From Chiloscyllium plagiosum (lineage: Eukaryota), in contig NC_057719.1 in the NCBI RefSeq assembly GCF_004010195.1, forward strand, positions 82,631,060-82,695,059: a stretch of 64,000 bases of DNA, written 5' to 3'. The notes under the pieces were generated by a model. It was not told the origin of the DNA, did no database searches, and saw only the letters and a list, made by a program, of their open reading frames with translations. Numbering within the stretch: position 1 is the first letter of the stretch; each line of letters begins with the position of its first letter. Position numbers and translations under genes: made by a program. Of this stretch, positions 23,790 to 36,904 are shown in pieces.

Positions 23790-24095
23790 TTCCCTACAGT
23801 GTGGAAACAGACTCTTCGGCCCAACAAGTCCACACCAACCCTCCGGAGAGCAACCCACCCAGACCCATCTCCCCCTGATTAATGCACCTAACACTACGGG
23901 CAATTTAGCATGGCCAATTCACCTGGCCTGCACACCTTTTGGACTGTGGGAGGAAACCGAAGCACCTGGAAGAAACCCACGCAGACACGGGGAGAATGTG
24001 CAAACTCCACACAGATAGTCACCTGAGGCTGGAATCGAACCCAGGTCCCTGGTGCTGTGAGGCAACAGTGCTAACCACTGAGCCACCGTGCCACC
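23790..24095 (-). mobile_element. HE1/V-SINE-like SINE within an old minus-strand CR1 (about 23470-24580)
   Basis: SINE head and V-domain reverse-complemented; flanking ORF piece YVDFPKTFDNLLRERLLWKI. Confidence 0.88.
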
Positions 24096-25193
24096 GAACA
24101 CAGTTCTGCTATTCTGGTCACACTGATGCCCTATATAATTGAAAAATGCCCTCCCTACTCTTGCATTTAGTTCCCCTAGCAATAAACCATAACATTCTAC
24201 TCACTTTATTAACTACTTGCCTGTAACTGCATGCTAACCTTTTGGGACATGTACACCAGACTACCCAGATCTCTCTGCATCTCGGAGCTCTGTAATCTCC
24301 ATGTCTTTGGCATTTTCATCCAAATCATTTTTATAAATTGTAAACAGTCAAGGCTCCAGCAATGATACTTGTACCACTCAGCTCATTTTGCTAATCAGGA
24401 AAATATCCATTTGTGCCTACTCGCTGTTTCCTGTTAACTAGCCAATTTTCTTTCCATGTTACTCCTTACACCTTAAGTCTTTATTTTCCATAATAGTCTT
24501 TCACGTAACAGATTATCAAATGTCTTCGGGAAATCTACGTAAGGTGCATCCATGTGTTTCCCTTTATAGAGAGCATGTGACATCTTCTGACTCATCAATT
24601 TGGAAATGAGATGTGACCAGCCATTCTGTGTTGTGTCTTCTGGGCATGTTCTCTGCTCACACGGTTCTGACATAATGTAATGCGTGGCGGAGAGGGTTAG
24701 ATTAAGAATTTCTTTTTTTAAGAGTTAGGGCTGAGGCAGCCGAAACTTGCTGTTCACAGAGTGAAGAAAATCAAGGATGTGCAAGAGGTAGTAATGTAAA
24801 GCCTGCAGAGTCCTGGGTGAATTCCCGCTGGAGGAGATTACAGGGAGCAGGCTAGGCCCTGAGGTGATTTGACCACATTGGCGAGAATTTTAAAATCTAG
24901 TGAGCAGCCAAAGAATTCAAGAGGGTATGAGTTTTGATGCTGGAAATTTGGATGAGCTTGTGTTCACAGAGGCCGACATCAATCCAAACTGAGCGCCCCG
25001 CAGTATTTTCTTTTATTCCTTATACAGCACAAGTTAGACATGCAGCTCCACAAAACTCCCCCGACGCAGTGCCACCCTGTAAATGCCAGATGGTTAGGGA
25101 TTGATGGATGGGATGCCTGGGTCCCATTGATTGAAGGTGAATCCTCTGATTCTCAGTAACCTGTGACAGCAGCCTGTGTTTATCTTCCTGTAG

Positions 25194-25285
25194 GTGACTC
25201 TGGAGAAGGTGCTGGGCATCACGGTCTCTGGAAGCAGTGGTCTTGCATGTGACTCAAAGACTGGACTTGTAGCCTACCCGTCTGG
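25194..25285 (+). CDS. MAPKBP1: Internal coding exon of a MAPKBP1/WDR62-family WD40-repeat gene (closer to MAPKBP1)
   Basis: Acceptor TTTATCTTCCTGTAG, donor GG|GTAAGT; 92 bp, phase 0 to phase 2; [31 protein letters not shown] resembles MAPKBP1 [31 protein letters not shown] as I recall it. WDR62 cannot be excluded from one exon. Confidence 0.88.
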
Positions 25286-26084
25286 GTAAGTAGATGGGCT
25301 CACAGGATCCCATTACCTTTAAAATAGCTGATGATTCCAACCAGCATGTGTCAACTTAATTTTCCTCCCCGCTACATGTGGTTGTGTTCAGGTCATCAAA
25401 TGCTGAAAGGTTTGGTTTGTTAGGTGCTAGTGACCTGAAGTTCCTATAAAGGTCGACACGTTAATGTACCAATGTGAACGCAGACATTGATGTGTCGTGG
25501 CAGCCCAGGTATGAGGGAGGGAGCAGACCCCAACAGGTCACCCTGTGCTGATCCCACTCCTCCAACTGAGCCTGCAGGTAGCAAAGAGACAAGTCTGACG
25601 GAGAGCATTATCGGGAAGTGAAAGGAGACTCCTGTAGGCTTTGGCCATTTCTGTGTTCAAACTTTATTTTGAAAGAAGAATTCTGATGTGAGAGTCTGCT
25701 GCCCGTCCCCAGATCCATGCGGGTTGTTTAAAAGGTTCTGAAAAGCAACCAGGCCTTGCCATGCTCCTGTCCCCAAAACCATTTGTATCCACAATTCTGT
25801 TCAAAATTTCATTGCATTCTGATGTAAAGCTTAAAAAAAATCTCAGGTTGTGTTAGTGAATGGAAGTAAATGAAACACAATGTTGTTCCCAACTTATACC
25901 CTCATTGACATTCCCACAAGTCAAAAGAGGCTGCCTTCCATTTTGTCAAAATTAAGCTGAAGTATGTTTTCATTTCCTGTGTAACTGCACAGCATTTTCT
26001 TTTTATTCAGGAAGGTAAGGAATTCCCAACGTATAGCTTATTTAATAAGGAAAGAATAGAAATGAATTCAGTTCTTCTATTTGT

Positions 26085-26505
26085 CTCTATGTGTGTATGG
26101 ATGTCTGAGTTTCTGTGTATTTGTCTGTGTATATTTGTCTCTGCTCTCTCTGTATGTTTATCTGTATGTGTCTATCTGCCTTCATTTGCATGTGTGGCTG
26201 TCTGTGTGTGCCTATGTGTGAGTTTGTGTGTGTGTTTGCCTCTGTGCATGTGCATCTGTCTCCATGTGTGTTTGTCTGTGCACATGTTTGTCACTGTGTG
26301 TGTGTCTGTCACCATGTGTGTATTTGTGCACACATATTTGACACTGTAACTGTATGTTACTGTGTGTGTGTGCGTGCACGTGCATGTACACTTGTCTCTG
26401 TATGTGTGACATCATGGATGTATGGGTATGGTTCTGTGTGTGTGCGTGTGCATGCTTGTCTGACATTGTGTGTGTGTGTGTGTTTAGCTGTGTTTGTGTG
26501 TTGTC
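26085..26505. repeat. Degenerate (TG)n tract
   Basis: Directly visible. Confidence 0.9.
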
Positions 26506-27085
26506 CCTATATGTAAAAATGAGTGACAATGAGGTAAAATATAATTACAGGCTACATTGCAAAGCTGAAGCGGGTGGGGGAAGGGCGAGTCAGTGATATA
26601 ATGAGCTGTATTAAAGGCCTCAAGGTAGTCAGTGACAAATGGAAATTGGTGAATAATTCAAAGCAGGCTTAGCACTGAATCAATGTGGATACGCTCACAC
26701 CTTTCTCTCTGTTTCTGTCTCAGATATCAGGTGAAGGCTCTGGTTAAGGCTTTGTTTATGATGGAGCAGTTGAAATGATATGCCTGTCTCCCACTGCTCC
26801 ACAATTTGGTACGTTGTTTGAGGCACCAATTTGCGACACTTTTGGACCCCTCTATTTGTGCATTTGGGGCTGCCATTTCAGTTGCTGTTGAGGCTAGCAA
26901 TGGGGGGCTTTAGAAACTGGAGGATAGCGCTCAATCCTGGAAACTATTGAGTCTGGGACTATTTGTGATTTTCAAAGGAAACTGCTCACCATCAATCAGA
27001 GAGCTTCTTAAGTTATTTAAGGAGATAATAAAGTGTATTCTTAAAATTAATTTGTGCGGCGTTGGGATCGTTGGCTGTCAGCAAT

Positions 27086-28208
27086 CTCTGACACCTCCCT
27101 CCCCTTCCTGGACCTCTCCATCCCCATTAATGACAACCGACTTGACACTGACATTTTTTACAAACCCACCGACTCCCACAGCTACCTAGATTACACCTCT
27201 TCCCACTCTACCTCCTGCAAAAATGCCATCCCATATTCCCAATTCCTCTNNNNNNNNNNNNNNNNNNNNNNNNNNNNNNNNNNNNNNNNNNNNNNNNNNN
27301 NNNNNNNNNNNNNNNNNNNNNNNNNNNNNNNNNNNNNNNNNNNNNNNNNNNNNNNNNNNNNNNNNNNNNNNNNNNNNNNNNNNNNNNNNNNNNNNNNNNN
27401 NNNNNNNNNNNNNNNNNNNNNNNNNNNNNNNNNNNNNNNNNNNNNNNNNNNNNNNNNNNNNNNNNNNNNNNNNNNNNNNNNNNNNNNNNNNNNNNNNNNN
27501 NNNNNNNNNNNNNNNNNNNNNNNNNNNNNNNNNNNNNNNNNNNNNNNNNNNNNNNNNNNNNNNNNNNNNNNNNNNNNNNNNNNNNNNNNNNNNNNNNNNN
27601 NNNNNNNNNNNNNNNNNNNNNNNNNNNNNNNNNNNNNNNNNNNNNNNNNNNNNNNNNNNNNNNNNNNNNNNNNNNNNNNNNNNNNNNNNNNNNNNNNNNN
27701 NNNNNNNNNNNNNNNNNNNNNNNNNNNNNNNNNNNNNNNNNNNNNNNNNNNNNNNNNNNNNNNNNNNNNNNNNNNNNNNNNNNNNNNNNNNNNNNNNNNN
27801 NNNNNNNNNNNNNNNNNNNNNNNNNNNNNNNNNNNNNNNNNNNNNNNNNNNNNNNNNNNNNNNNNNNNNNNNNNNNNNNNNNNNNNNNNNNNNNNNNNNN
27901 TCCAGCTCAGCACCATCCTCATAACCTGTCCTACCTGCCAATCTCCCTTCCCACCTACCCACTCCACCCTCCCCTCTGACCTATCACCTTTACCCCACCT
28001 CCATTCACCTATTGTACTCTTTGCTACCTTTGCCCCGACACACACACACATACACACACACACACCCCACCCTCCCATTTATCTCTCCACCCTGGAGGCT
28101 TCCTGCTTCTATTCCTGATGAAGGGCTTTTGCCCGAAACATTGATTTTCCTGCTCCTCGGATGCTGCCTGACCTGCTGTGCTTTTCCAGCACCACTCTGA
28201 GCTAAACC
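27086..28208 (+). mobile_element. Penelope-like element (RT end, gap, terminus) with 11-bp TSD
   Basis: SLPFLDLSI...TDIFYKPTDSHSYLDYTSSH..CKNAIPYSQFL; CTGTCAGCAAT at 27075-27085 and 28209-28219; hammerhead-like core at 28115-28142. Confidence 0.92.
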
Positions 28209-28219
28209 CTGTCAGCAAT

Positions 28220-30021
28220 TGTTGTCCGTTCCCTAGCTGCCCTTGAGAAGGAGGTGGTGAGCTGCCTTCTTGAGTCACTGATGTCAATCCACAATGTTGT
28301 TAGGGAGAGAATTCCAGGAATTTGACCCAGTGACACTGAAGGAATGGTGATATATTTCCAAGTCAGGGTGGTGAGTGGCTTGGAGGGGAAATTACCTTGT
28401 ATCTGCTGCTCTTGACCTTCTAACTCAAAGTGGTCGTGGGTTTGGAAGGTGCTGTCTGAAGATCTTTGGTGAATTTCTGCAGTGAGTCTTGTAGATGGTA
28501 CATACTACTGCTACTGAGTGGTGCTTGTACATGTGGTGCAATCAGGCGGGCTGCTTTGTCCTGGATAGTGTCAAGCTTCTTGAGTGTTGTTGGAGCTGCA
28601 CCCATCCAGGCAACTGGGGAGTATTCCATCACACTGCTGACTTGTGCCTTGTAGATGGTGGATAGGCTTTGGGAGTCAGGAGGTGAGTTACTTGCAACAG
28701 TATTCCTAGCTTCTGACCTGCTTTTGGAGCCACTGTGTTTATGTGGTGAGTCCAGTTGAGTTTCTGGTTAATAGTAACCCCAAGTATGTTGATAGTGGGG
28801 GATTCAATGATGGTAACGCTATTGGATGTCAAGATTGTCTCTTATTGGTGATAGTCATTGCCTGGCATCTGGGTGGCACAAATGTTATTTGCCACCTGTC
28901 AGCCCATATCTGGATATTGTCCAGATCTTGTTGCATTTGGACACGGACTGCTTCAGTTTCTGAGGAGCCGTGAATGGTGCTGGACATTGCGTAATAATGG
29001 CCAACATCCCCACTTCTGACCTGATGGAGGGAAGGTCATTGATGGAGCAGCTGAAGATGATTGGGCCGTAACCATCTTCCGATATGTCAGGTATGACCCC
29101 AACCACTGTGGAGAGTTTGCCTGCTGATTCCAGTTTTGCTCAGACTCCTTGCTGCCATCCTTTGGTCAAATGCGGCCTTGATGTCAAGGGCTGTCTCTCT
29201 CCCCTCCCCTCTAGAATTCAGCCTCTTGTGTCCATGGTTGAACCAAGGCTGTAATGAGGTCAGGAGCTGAGTGGCCCTGGCAGAACTCAAACTGGGAGTC
29301 ACTGAGCAGGTTATTGCTGAGCAGGTGCTGCTTGATAGCACTGTCAATGACCCTTTTCATCATTTTACTGATGATCGAGTGTAGCCTGATGGGACAGTAA
29401 TTACCTGAAATAACTGCAAATGCTGGAAATCAGAAACAAGAACAGAAATTGCTCAGCAGCTGAGTTTTGGCACCAATTTCCTTTCTCGTTTGTGATAATT
29501 GGCCAGGTTGGATTTGATCTGGACAAGACATACCTGAGCAATGTTTCACATTATCGGGTAGATGCCAGTAATGTAGCTATACTGGGAGAGCTTGGCTAGA
29601 GGAACAGAAGTTCTGGAGCACAAATCTTTTGTACTGTTGCTAGAATGTTGTCAGGGCCTGTAGCTTTTGCAGTATCCAGTGCCTCCAACCGTTCCTTCGT
29701 ATTGTATGGAATATATCAACTTGGCTGGAGACTGGCTGGTGAATCACTGGAAGAGGCCAAGATGGATCATCTCCATGGCACTTCTGACTAAAGATTCTTG
29801 CAATATGCTGGTCTCTTCCATCATTAAGGATGGGAATATTTGTGGATGCTCCCCCTCCTAATGAGTTGTTGAATTGTCCCCCACCATTCATGATTGGATA
29901 TGGCAGGACTGCAGAGCCGTTGATTACGGAATCTGTCTAATCCATCTGGTTGTTAGTTCTGTCTGTCACTTGCTGCTTATGCTGTTTGGAACACATGTGG
30001 TCCTGTTTGGTAACTTCACCA
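28220..30021 (-). mobile_element. Second CR1-like LINE family, decayed RT (resumes at about 31225-31300)
   Basis: ALDIKAAFD, GPIIFSCSINDLPS, INILGVTINQKLNWTHHI, MEYSPVAWMGAAPTTLKKLDTIQDKAARLI. Confidence 0.88.
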
Positions 30022-31222
30022 GGTGGAGTAGCAGATAGTGAAGGGGACTGTCAGAGAATACAGCAGAATATAGATAGATTGGAGACATGGGCAGAGAAAT
30101 GGCAGATGGAGTTCAATCCGGGCAAATGTGAGGTGATGCATTTTGGAAGATCCAATTCAAGAGCGAACTCTACAGTGAATGGAAGAATCCTGAGGAAAAT
30201 TGACGTACAGAGAGATCTGAGTGTTCAGGTCCATTGTTCCCTGAAGATGGCAACGCAGGTCAGTAAAGTAGTCAAGAAGGCATACGGCATGCTTTCCTTC
30301 ATAGGACGGGGTATTGAGTACAAGAGTTGGCAGGTCATATTACAGTTGTATAGGACTTTGGTTTGGCCACATTTGGAATACTATGTACAGTTCTGATAGC
30401 CATATTACCAAAAGGATGTGGATGCTTTGGAGAGGGTGCAGAGGAGGTTCACCAGGATGTTGCCTGGTATGGAGGGCACTAGCTGTGAAGAGAAGTTGAA
30501 TAGTTTAGGATTATTTTCATTAGAAAGACAGAGGTTGAGGGGGGACCTAATTGAGGTCTAAAGATTCATGAGAAATAGAGACAGGGTGAATAGCAAGAAG
30601 CTTTTTCCCAGGGTGTGGAATGAATTCATGTGGTCATGAATTCAAGGTGAGAGGGGAAAAGTTTAGATTAGATTACAGTGTGGAAACAGGCCCTTCGGCC
30701 CAACAAGTCCACACCGACCCGCAGAAGCACAACCCACCCATACCCCTACATTTACCCCATACCTAACACTACGGACAATTTAGCATGACCAATTCACCTG
30801 ACCTGCACACCTTTGGACTGTGGGAGGAAACCGGAGCACCCGGAGGAAACCCACGCAGACACGAGGAGAACGTGCAAACTCCAGACAGTCAGTCGCCTGA
30901 GGCGGGAATTGAACCCGGGTCTCTGGCGCTGTGAGGCAGCAGTGCTAACCACTGTGCCACCGTGCCGCCCACAAAGGGAGATATGTGTGGAAAGTTCTTT
31001 ATGCAGAGGGTGGTGAGGACCTGGAACGCGTTGCCAGTGGAGATGGTAGAGGCGAGCATGATAGCATCATTTAAGATGTATCTAGACAGATATGTATATG
31101 GTCAGGGAGCAAAGGGATACAGATGTTTAGAAATAGGCGACAGGTTTAGATAGAGGATCTGAATCAGCGCAGGCTTGGAGGGCCGAAGGGCCTGTTCCTG
31201 TGCTGTCATGTTCTTTGTTCTT
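30022..31222 (+). mobile_element. CR1 LINE 3' half, with nested minus-strand SINE at 30662-30970
   Basis: WAEKWQMEFNPGKCEVMHFGR...LQLYRTLVWPHLEYYVQF; same subfamily as 12950-13795. Confidence 0.92.
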
Positions 31223-31649
31223 TGGTCTTTGATACCTTATCTTCAGGTATGCCTGGTACTGCTCCTGGCATGTCGTCCTGAATTCTCCATTTAACTGACC
31301 AGAACAAAATGGGATTTTGTGCTTTTTAGCTGGACAGAGCCAAACAGTCTTATATGTTGGTGCACAGCTGTGTTCAGTGCAAGGCAAAAGAAACTTTGTT
31401 CCCATTGGTATTTTTTTAGTGAAACCTGAGGGGTCAACAAGTATAAGGTTGAGTACTACACTTTGATTTGGCCTCTGTGGCCACTTTTAGCTGACTTCTC
31501 CTTTAGGCCTTGCTGTCCAAGATGGCGGACTCTTCACTGTATCATTTATCGTGAGCTGCCACCTCACGAAGGGCAGTTGACTGGAAGTAGACCAAGACTG
31601 GCCATATTAACACAGTGGCAAAGAGCAGTTCAGAGGCTAGGAATACCGC

Positions 31650-31935
31650 AGTGATGGAATACCCCCCTACTTAACTGGATGGGTGCAGCTCCAGCAACAC
31701 TCCGGGAGCTTGACACCATCCAGGGCAAAGCAGCCCGCTTGACTGACACCACATCTACAACAATCCACTCTCTCTGCCACTGACACTCAGTAGCAGCAGT
31801 GTGTACTATCTACAAGGTACATTGCAGAAGCTCACAAAGGTTTCTGAGAAAGTACCTTCCAAACCCACGAGTACTTCCATCAAGGGCAGCAGATACATGG
31901 GAACACCACCCCCTGCAAGTTCCCCTCCAAACCAG
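31650..31935 (+). mobile_element. Second CR1-like family fragment
   Basis: Reverse-complement match to 28390-28635. Confidence 0.75.
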
Positions 31936-32134
31936 AGTGTGAGCATGAAAAGTTAAGACGACCATTCCAGTGTTGCACTCAGGGAAGTTTTATGTGCTGT
32001 TTTTGTGTAATCGAAACTAAGACTCAGTCTAGCATCTTGGTTGGATGTAAAGGGTTCCATATCCTCAGGGAAGTGGGCGATTGTCTGGTCATTTTCACAT
32101 CAATGTCAATGAGTGTTCACTGAGGGCAAACCAC

Positions 32135-32950
32135 AGAATCATGGAGCAGTCTCAACACAGAAGGAGGCCAGTCAGCCCACTGGCTCTCTGAATGAGTGGT
32201 TCACTCGGTCTCCAACTTTTCTCCATAACCTTACATTGGCCTTCTTTATCAGATAGCAGTCTCAATCCTCTTTTTCAACTGCCTCCTCCACACGCTCACG
32301 CAGCGGTAGGAAATGGCGCGAGAATAGTTTGGTGGGGTTTTCTTTGACCAGCGCAGACTCAAATGCACCGAAGAGCCTTGTACGATTCTGTGAGAGTGCC
32401 TTGCTGACCTTTGTCACTCACTGTGTGAAAGCGTTCTCCTCTCGAACCGTGCCTGCTTCGTTTCGCAATTAAAGTCCTGCTCACTTGGTTCTTGATCTTT
32501 CGTGACCTTGAACAGTGTGTCCCGCCCTATCCTGTGGAAACCCCCTCGTGATTTTGAATGCCTGTATCAGATCTCTGGTCAGCCTTGCCCTTCCCATTGG
32601 AAAACAGTCCTAAATTCTCCAATCCATGTTTAAAACTGAAGCTCCTCTTCTCTGGACCTATTGTCGTGAGTCTTTTCTGCTCCCTCCCCAGTTCCTTTAC
32701 CCCCTCCCTAAAGTACGATGCCTAGAACTGAACACAGTACTCAGGTTGAGGCCTTACAGTGCCTAATACAATTTCAATGTAACATCTCTGATCTTATTCT
32801 CTCTAACCCTATTAATAAAGCATAGGATGCTGTATGCTTCATTAACCGTGCTCTCAATCTGTCCTTCCATCTTCAATGACTCGTGTTGACCCTCTGCACT
32901 GCCTTTAAAATTGTGCATTTATTCTGTATTGTCTCTCTCTCGCTCTCTGT
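32135..32950 (-). mobile_element. Old CR1 3' portion
   Basis: CCTCGTGATTTTGAATGCCTGTATCAGATCT and AGAACTGAACACAGTACTCAGG are the reverse complement of CR1 RT C-terminal motifs. Confidence 0.65.
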
Positions 32951-33190
32951 TCTTCCTATTAAAGATAACACAAGCCAACTCTCCCCTAGCCAACTCTGAC
33001 AAAATCTTCATTAAAGTACAACACGATGTTTTTGATGCATGGTCCCTTTCATCAGTTGACGCTCTGAAATATTAAACAGAAATTACCAAAGTGCGTTGAA
33101 ATGTTGTTGAGAGCTGTGTGGAGCTTTTCTCTTCGAGAGGTTACTTGTCCAGAGCTTAGAGTCCAAGACACAGAGTTAAGGTGAAGAAGG

Positions 33191-33398
33191 AGAAAGTGAG
33201 GTCTGCAGATGCTGGAGATCAGAGCTGAAAATGTGTTGCTGGAAAAGCGCAGCAGGTCAGGCAGCATCCAGGGAACAGGAGAATCGACGTTTCGGGCATA
33301 AGCCCTTCTTCCTGAAGAAGGGCTTATGCCCGAAACGTCGATTCTCCTGTTCCATGGATGCTGCCTGATCTGCTGCGCTTTTCCAGCAACACATTTTC
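33191..33398. mobile_element. Palindromic Penelope-terminus element with 17-bp TSD
   Basis: Near-identical to 6645-6870; AGTTAAGGTGAAGAAGG at 33174-33190 and 33399-33415; + strand hammerhead core at 33312-33339. Confidence 0.88.
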
Positions 33399-34529
33399 AG
33401 TTAAGGTGAAGAAGGCATGAGGATTAATTGGGATTGGCAGTTCTCTGACCAGCTTGGCATAAACCTTGCAGATAAACCATTGAGTTTTACACATGGGCAG
33501 CACAATATGAGCAAGTGCATTCGATGACGAGTCACAGCCTTGCAATTTGTGGAGATGGGGGAAGGAACTGAGAGGGATGTTGTTTCCCAAAGATTAAAAC
33601 GGCGTTCAAAAGGAGTTCAAATTTCTGTGACCCATGAAAATGCAGACTGAGCTGTTTATGATTTTCTCTGATCTGTGAATTTAAACCATAATTGAAGTGT
33701 CAACGGAGCTGAGGCTTCATGAGGCAATGGGAGTAGCTCTGGACACTGATTTATCCTTCATTGAGGGGTCAGAGGTCGCATCAAGGGGCCATCATTACTG
33801 TGCTGCCTGGAACTCGTGATCAGTGATTTAAAGGGACGCTGTCCTCATGGATAAAACATTTGGAGAAATCCATTTTTTCACACTTGTTTGGCAAAAGAAA
33901 ACAGTCCAAATATGCATATGTCTCACTGTGGTTTTAACAGCAAGCGAACACAAATTTATTGGTACCAAAGCACATTGTGCATTAATATTATATGGTTTGC
34001 ATCTTGTGTCAAGCTCTGATTTTTTTCTGCTCCCATCTCTCTTTTAAGGCAATGGATTATCGGTATGTTATTTTTAATTTATGTAGCCTGGATGTGTTCT
34101 CCCCAGACCATAACCCAGATTTGGGTAGGTGGTGTAGCTGGGGAGTAACCTTTCACCTTTACTGTTGCCCATGTGGCCTTTTATGTGCACACATGAACAC
34201 TCACTCACAGCGCCTCATGTTCCAATCAACTGTCATGCCGCACTTCACTTTGGCACTCCCAGAAGGCAGCAAGATGACCGTGAGAAATAAGGTTTAGCAA
34301 AAAACCACTAGACTGTTCCTTTCAGGCATCTTGTAATTTTGACTCAAACACACGGAGCAAGGTTTTCATTGGCCTGAGGAGAAGGAGGAGCTCACCCTCA
34401 GTTTCCCACCTACCAGCCTCTGGGCCAATTTTATTCAGAAAGGATTGTGATATAGAGGAGGGGGAAGGTTAGGATTGTGGGGTCGGTGGTGACCAATAGT
34501 TCATGAGGCCAACTAATAGCCCCGTAAGA

Positions 34530-35192
34530 TTTACATTTATTGTCACATGTATATAAAGTATATAGTGACATGTTGTTTCATGTGTCGTACACAAAGTGTC
34601 ACCACACTCCGGCGCCATCTTGAACAATGAAAGATTTTACTGCGATAAAGTTCATCTTTCTCTCTTTTTCTTCTTGTTTCTCCTCCTCCAATCTCTGCTC
34701 GACATCCGCCGGGCTCTCTGTAGCAAGGGTCTGGTCTCTGTCTAATGAGCTCCGGAGATCTCTCGGTTATTGGGCTCCGCCACTCTGTGACCGCCGCATC
34801 TGGATCCACAGGCCTGGGGGTGTGTGGGTTCTCTACCTCCTCCTGTTCCTCATCCGATGCTCCTCCAGATGCTGCCGCTGGTCACCAGTAGTCGGGGGAA
34901 GCCGACACTCCCGCATCTTCAGGCGCCCGGGCCTAGCCGCGGAACTGGAGCCTCGGCTCAGCCTGCGAGTCCGGGCCCGGGGGAAGTCGGGCTTTGGCCT
35001 ACTCCTCACTGGACGGGAGACCTCGGACCAGGGAGGATCCGTGTACGGCTTGTCCTGGGGTTCCTGCTGCTGGAGGCTTCCTCTTTCACCCACCACTCTT
35101 CAGGCGTTAAAGAAAAAAAAGCAAAATCAAGAGAAAGAGAAAGAAAGCAAGTGGGAGCCCCCGGGTCAGCCCCACTACTCCGCCGCCATCTT
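34530..35192 (-). mobile_element. CpG-rich non-autonomous retroelement (AAGATGGCGGCGGAGTA head, Rex1-like tail)
   Basis: Ends shared with 43892-44880; tail ACATGTGACAATAAA resembles 63255-63295. Confidence 0.6.
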
Positions 35193-35529
35193 AAGACCAC
35201 GGTACAGGCACCCTCTGGAATCTCCCAGTCAGTACGTGCGCAGATATGGGCTTGATGTCTTGGGAACAGATGGGACCATGTTCTGTTGAACTACAAGATA
35301 CTCTCCCACCTCCAAACCCCTCAGCAATGCTCCCCAACTTGTCCAGCCTAAGGCTATCAGCAACGTCCTCTTGGCTGTCTAGTATCAAGCCTCTGCTCCG
35401 CAGTATGACTCAGCAGCTGTAGAGAAAACATTTCTCCTTGCAATAAGCCATATCCCATCAAAATCAGGTAGACCCCAACCAAACCAATGGAGAGTTGAGA
35501 ACAATTTCTTCAGTCCAAGTGAACTGACG

Positions 35530-35732
35530 ACCCTGTAACCCCACATTTCCCATGGCTAACCCACCTATCCTGCACATCCTTGTGGGAGGAAATCAGAGCA
35601 CCCGGAGAAAACCCACGCAGGCACTGGGAGAACATGCAAACTCCGCACAAAAACCATTGAGTGAGGCTGGATTCAAACCCAGGCCCTCAGAGTTGTGAGG
35701 CAGCAGTGCTAACCACTAAACCACTGTGCCAC
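35530..35732 (-). mobile_element. HE1/V-SINE-like SINE
   Basis: Reverse-complemented head and V-domain. Confidence 0.8.
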
Positions 35733-36631
35733 TTCAGGTATGATGGTAGATTTGGCTTAGGAAAGATGTGTGGAGCCTCAACTGGAGCTGAATGTGCTGG
35801 ATGGCTTACATAACAGTGGGGTTATGACCCCAGAGCAAATATTTAGCCATTGGTTTTTACTGGATGTTTAAGTGGTCTTATTTCAGCATCTGTGTGGCCA
35901 ATTCCTTAGCAGGGCCATAGGAAATCCAAACGATTAAACAACAAAAGGTTGTGTCCCATCTGGTTGTCTTGCCACTTCCCTTCAAATGCTTGAGATGGAG
36001 TAGCTGATTAATCATAGCAATTAATCCCACTCAGCTAAACAAGAGGCAGACATCAGGTGAGAGAAACACGCAGGAGTGAAGGATTCAGGGAAGCTTATGG
36101 AACCAGAGTTATCCCACCCCTGTTATACTGATCACATCATGTCTCTCACACACCTCGTGTAGCAGTCAAAAATGTTATTTCCTGAAAAAAAGCTCTCTAA
36201 TTTGCCCCTGAACAAATCCATACTAAATGTCTCCACTGCTCTCCCTCAGGGGCCTGTAAGAGTTGCACCTCATGTCTGTTTAAGCCCAGCTTGCCAGAGA
36301 TACTCTTTGGCAGTCTCATTAAAAACTTCAGTTGGCAGAGGAGCAGTTAGGTCGCACACAACAGCTATTTCAAGAGTACACTGAGGTTTCACACTAAGGC
36401 ACTTTGTTGCATGTGGGAGCTTTCCATCTGCAGCAAAATGGCTGCCTCCGTAGCAACGGTCACCTCACTTTGTTGGCAGCGGAGCATTTTTGGGGTGGCG
36501 AGAGTTGCTATTGTAATGCAAGTTGTTGTTGTGTGCCTTTCTCCATCTCTCTCACTCTCACGTGCTCTTGTTTTCTCTCCTTCACTCAAACAAGACAACC
36601 ACACATGAGTGGGCTGCTCTAACCCTTGTTG

Positions 36632-36665
<34 letters not shown>

Positions 36666-36904
36666 CCTCTCACCATTCCCCCCCCCCCCAACCGTTTCTC
36701 TCTCTGACATCTCCACAGAATTAGGATTTCAGATTTCTGTGGTATTTTTCCACCATTTATCATTTCCTGTTTTGCACAATTAGGGTTTTTTGAGGCTCTA
36801 ATCATTACTTCACTTGTGAGTAGAAGATGGGGGCTGTGTTGCTGTCATGGGATTTGCATTGATATAGCACCTTTTGTAACATTGCAGACAACTCGTATGT
36901 AAGT

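Noticed and set aside
34627..35289. 220-aa ORF and CpG-island-like promoter
   Set aside because: Overlapping ORFs in several frames reflect GC richness of a repeat; no domain recognised.
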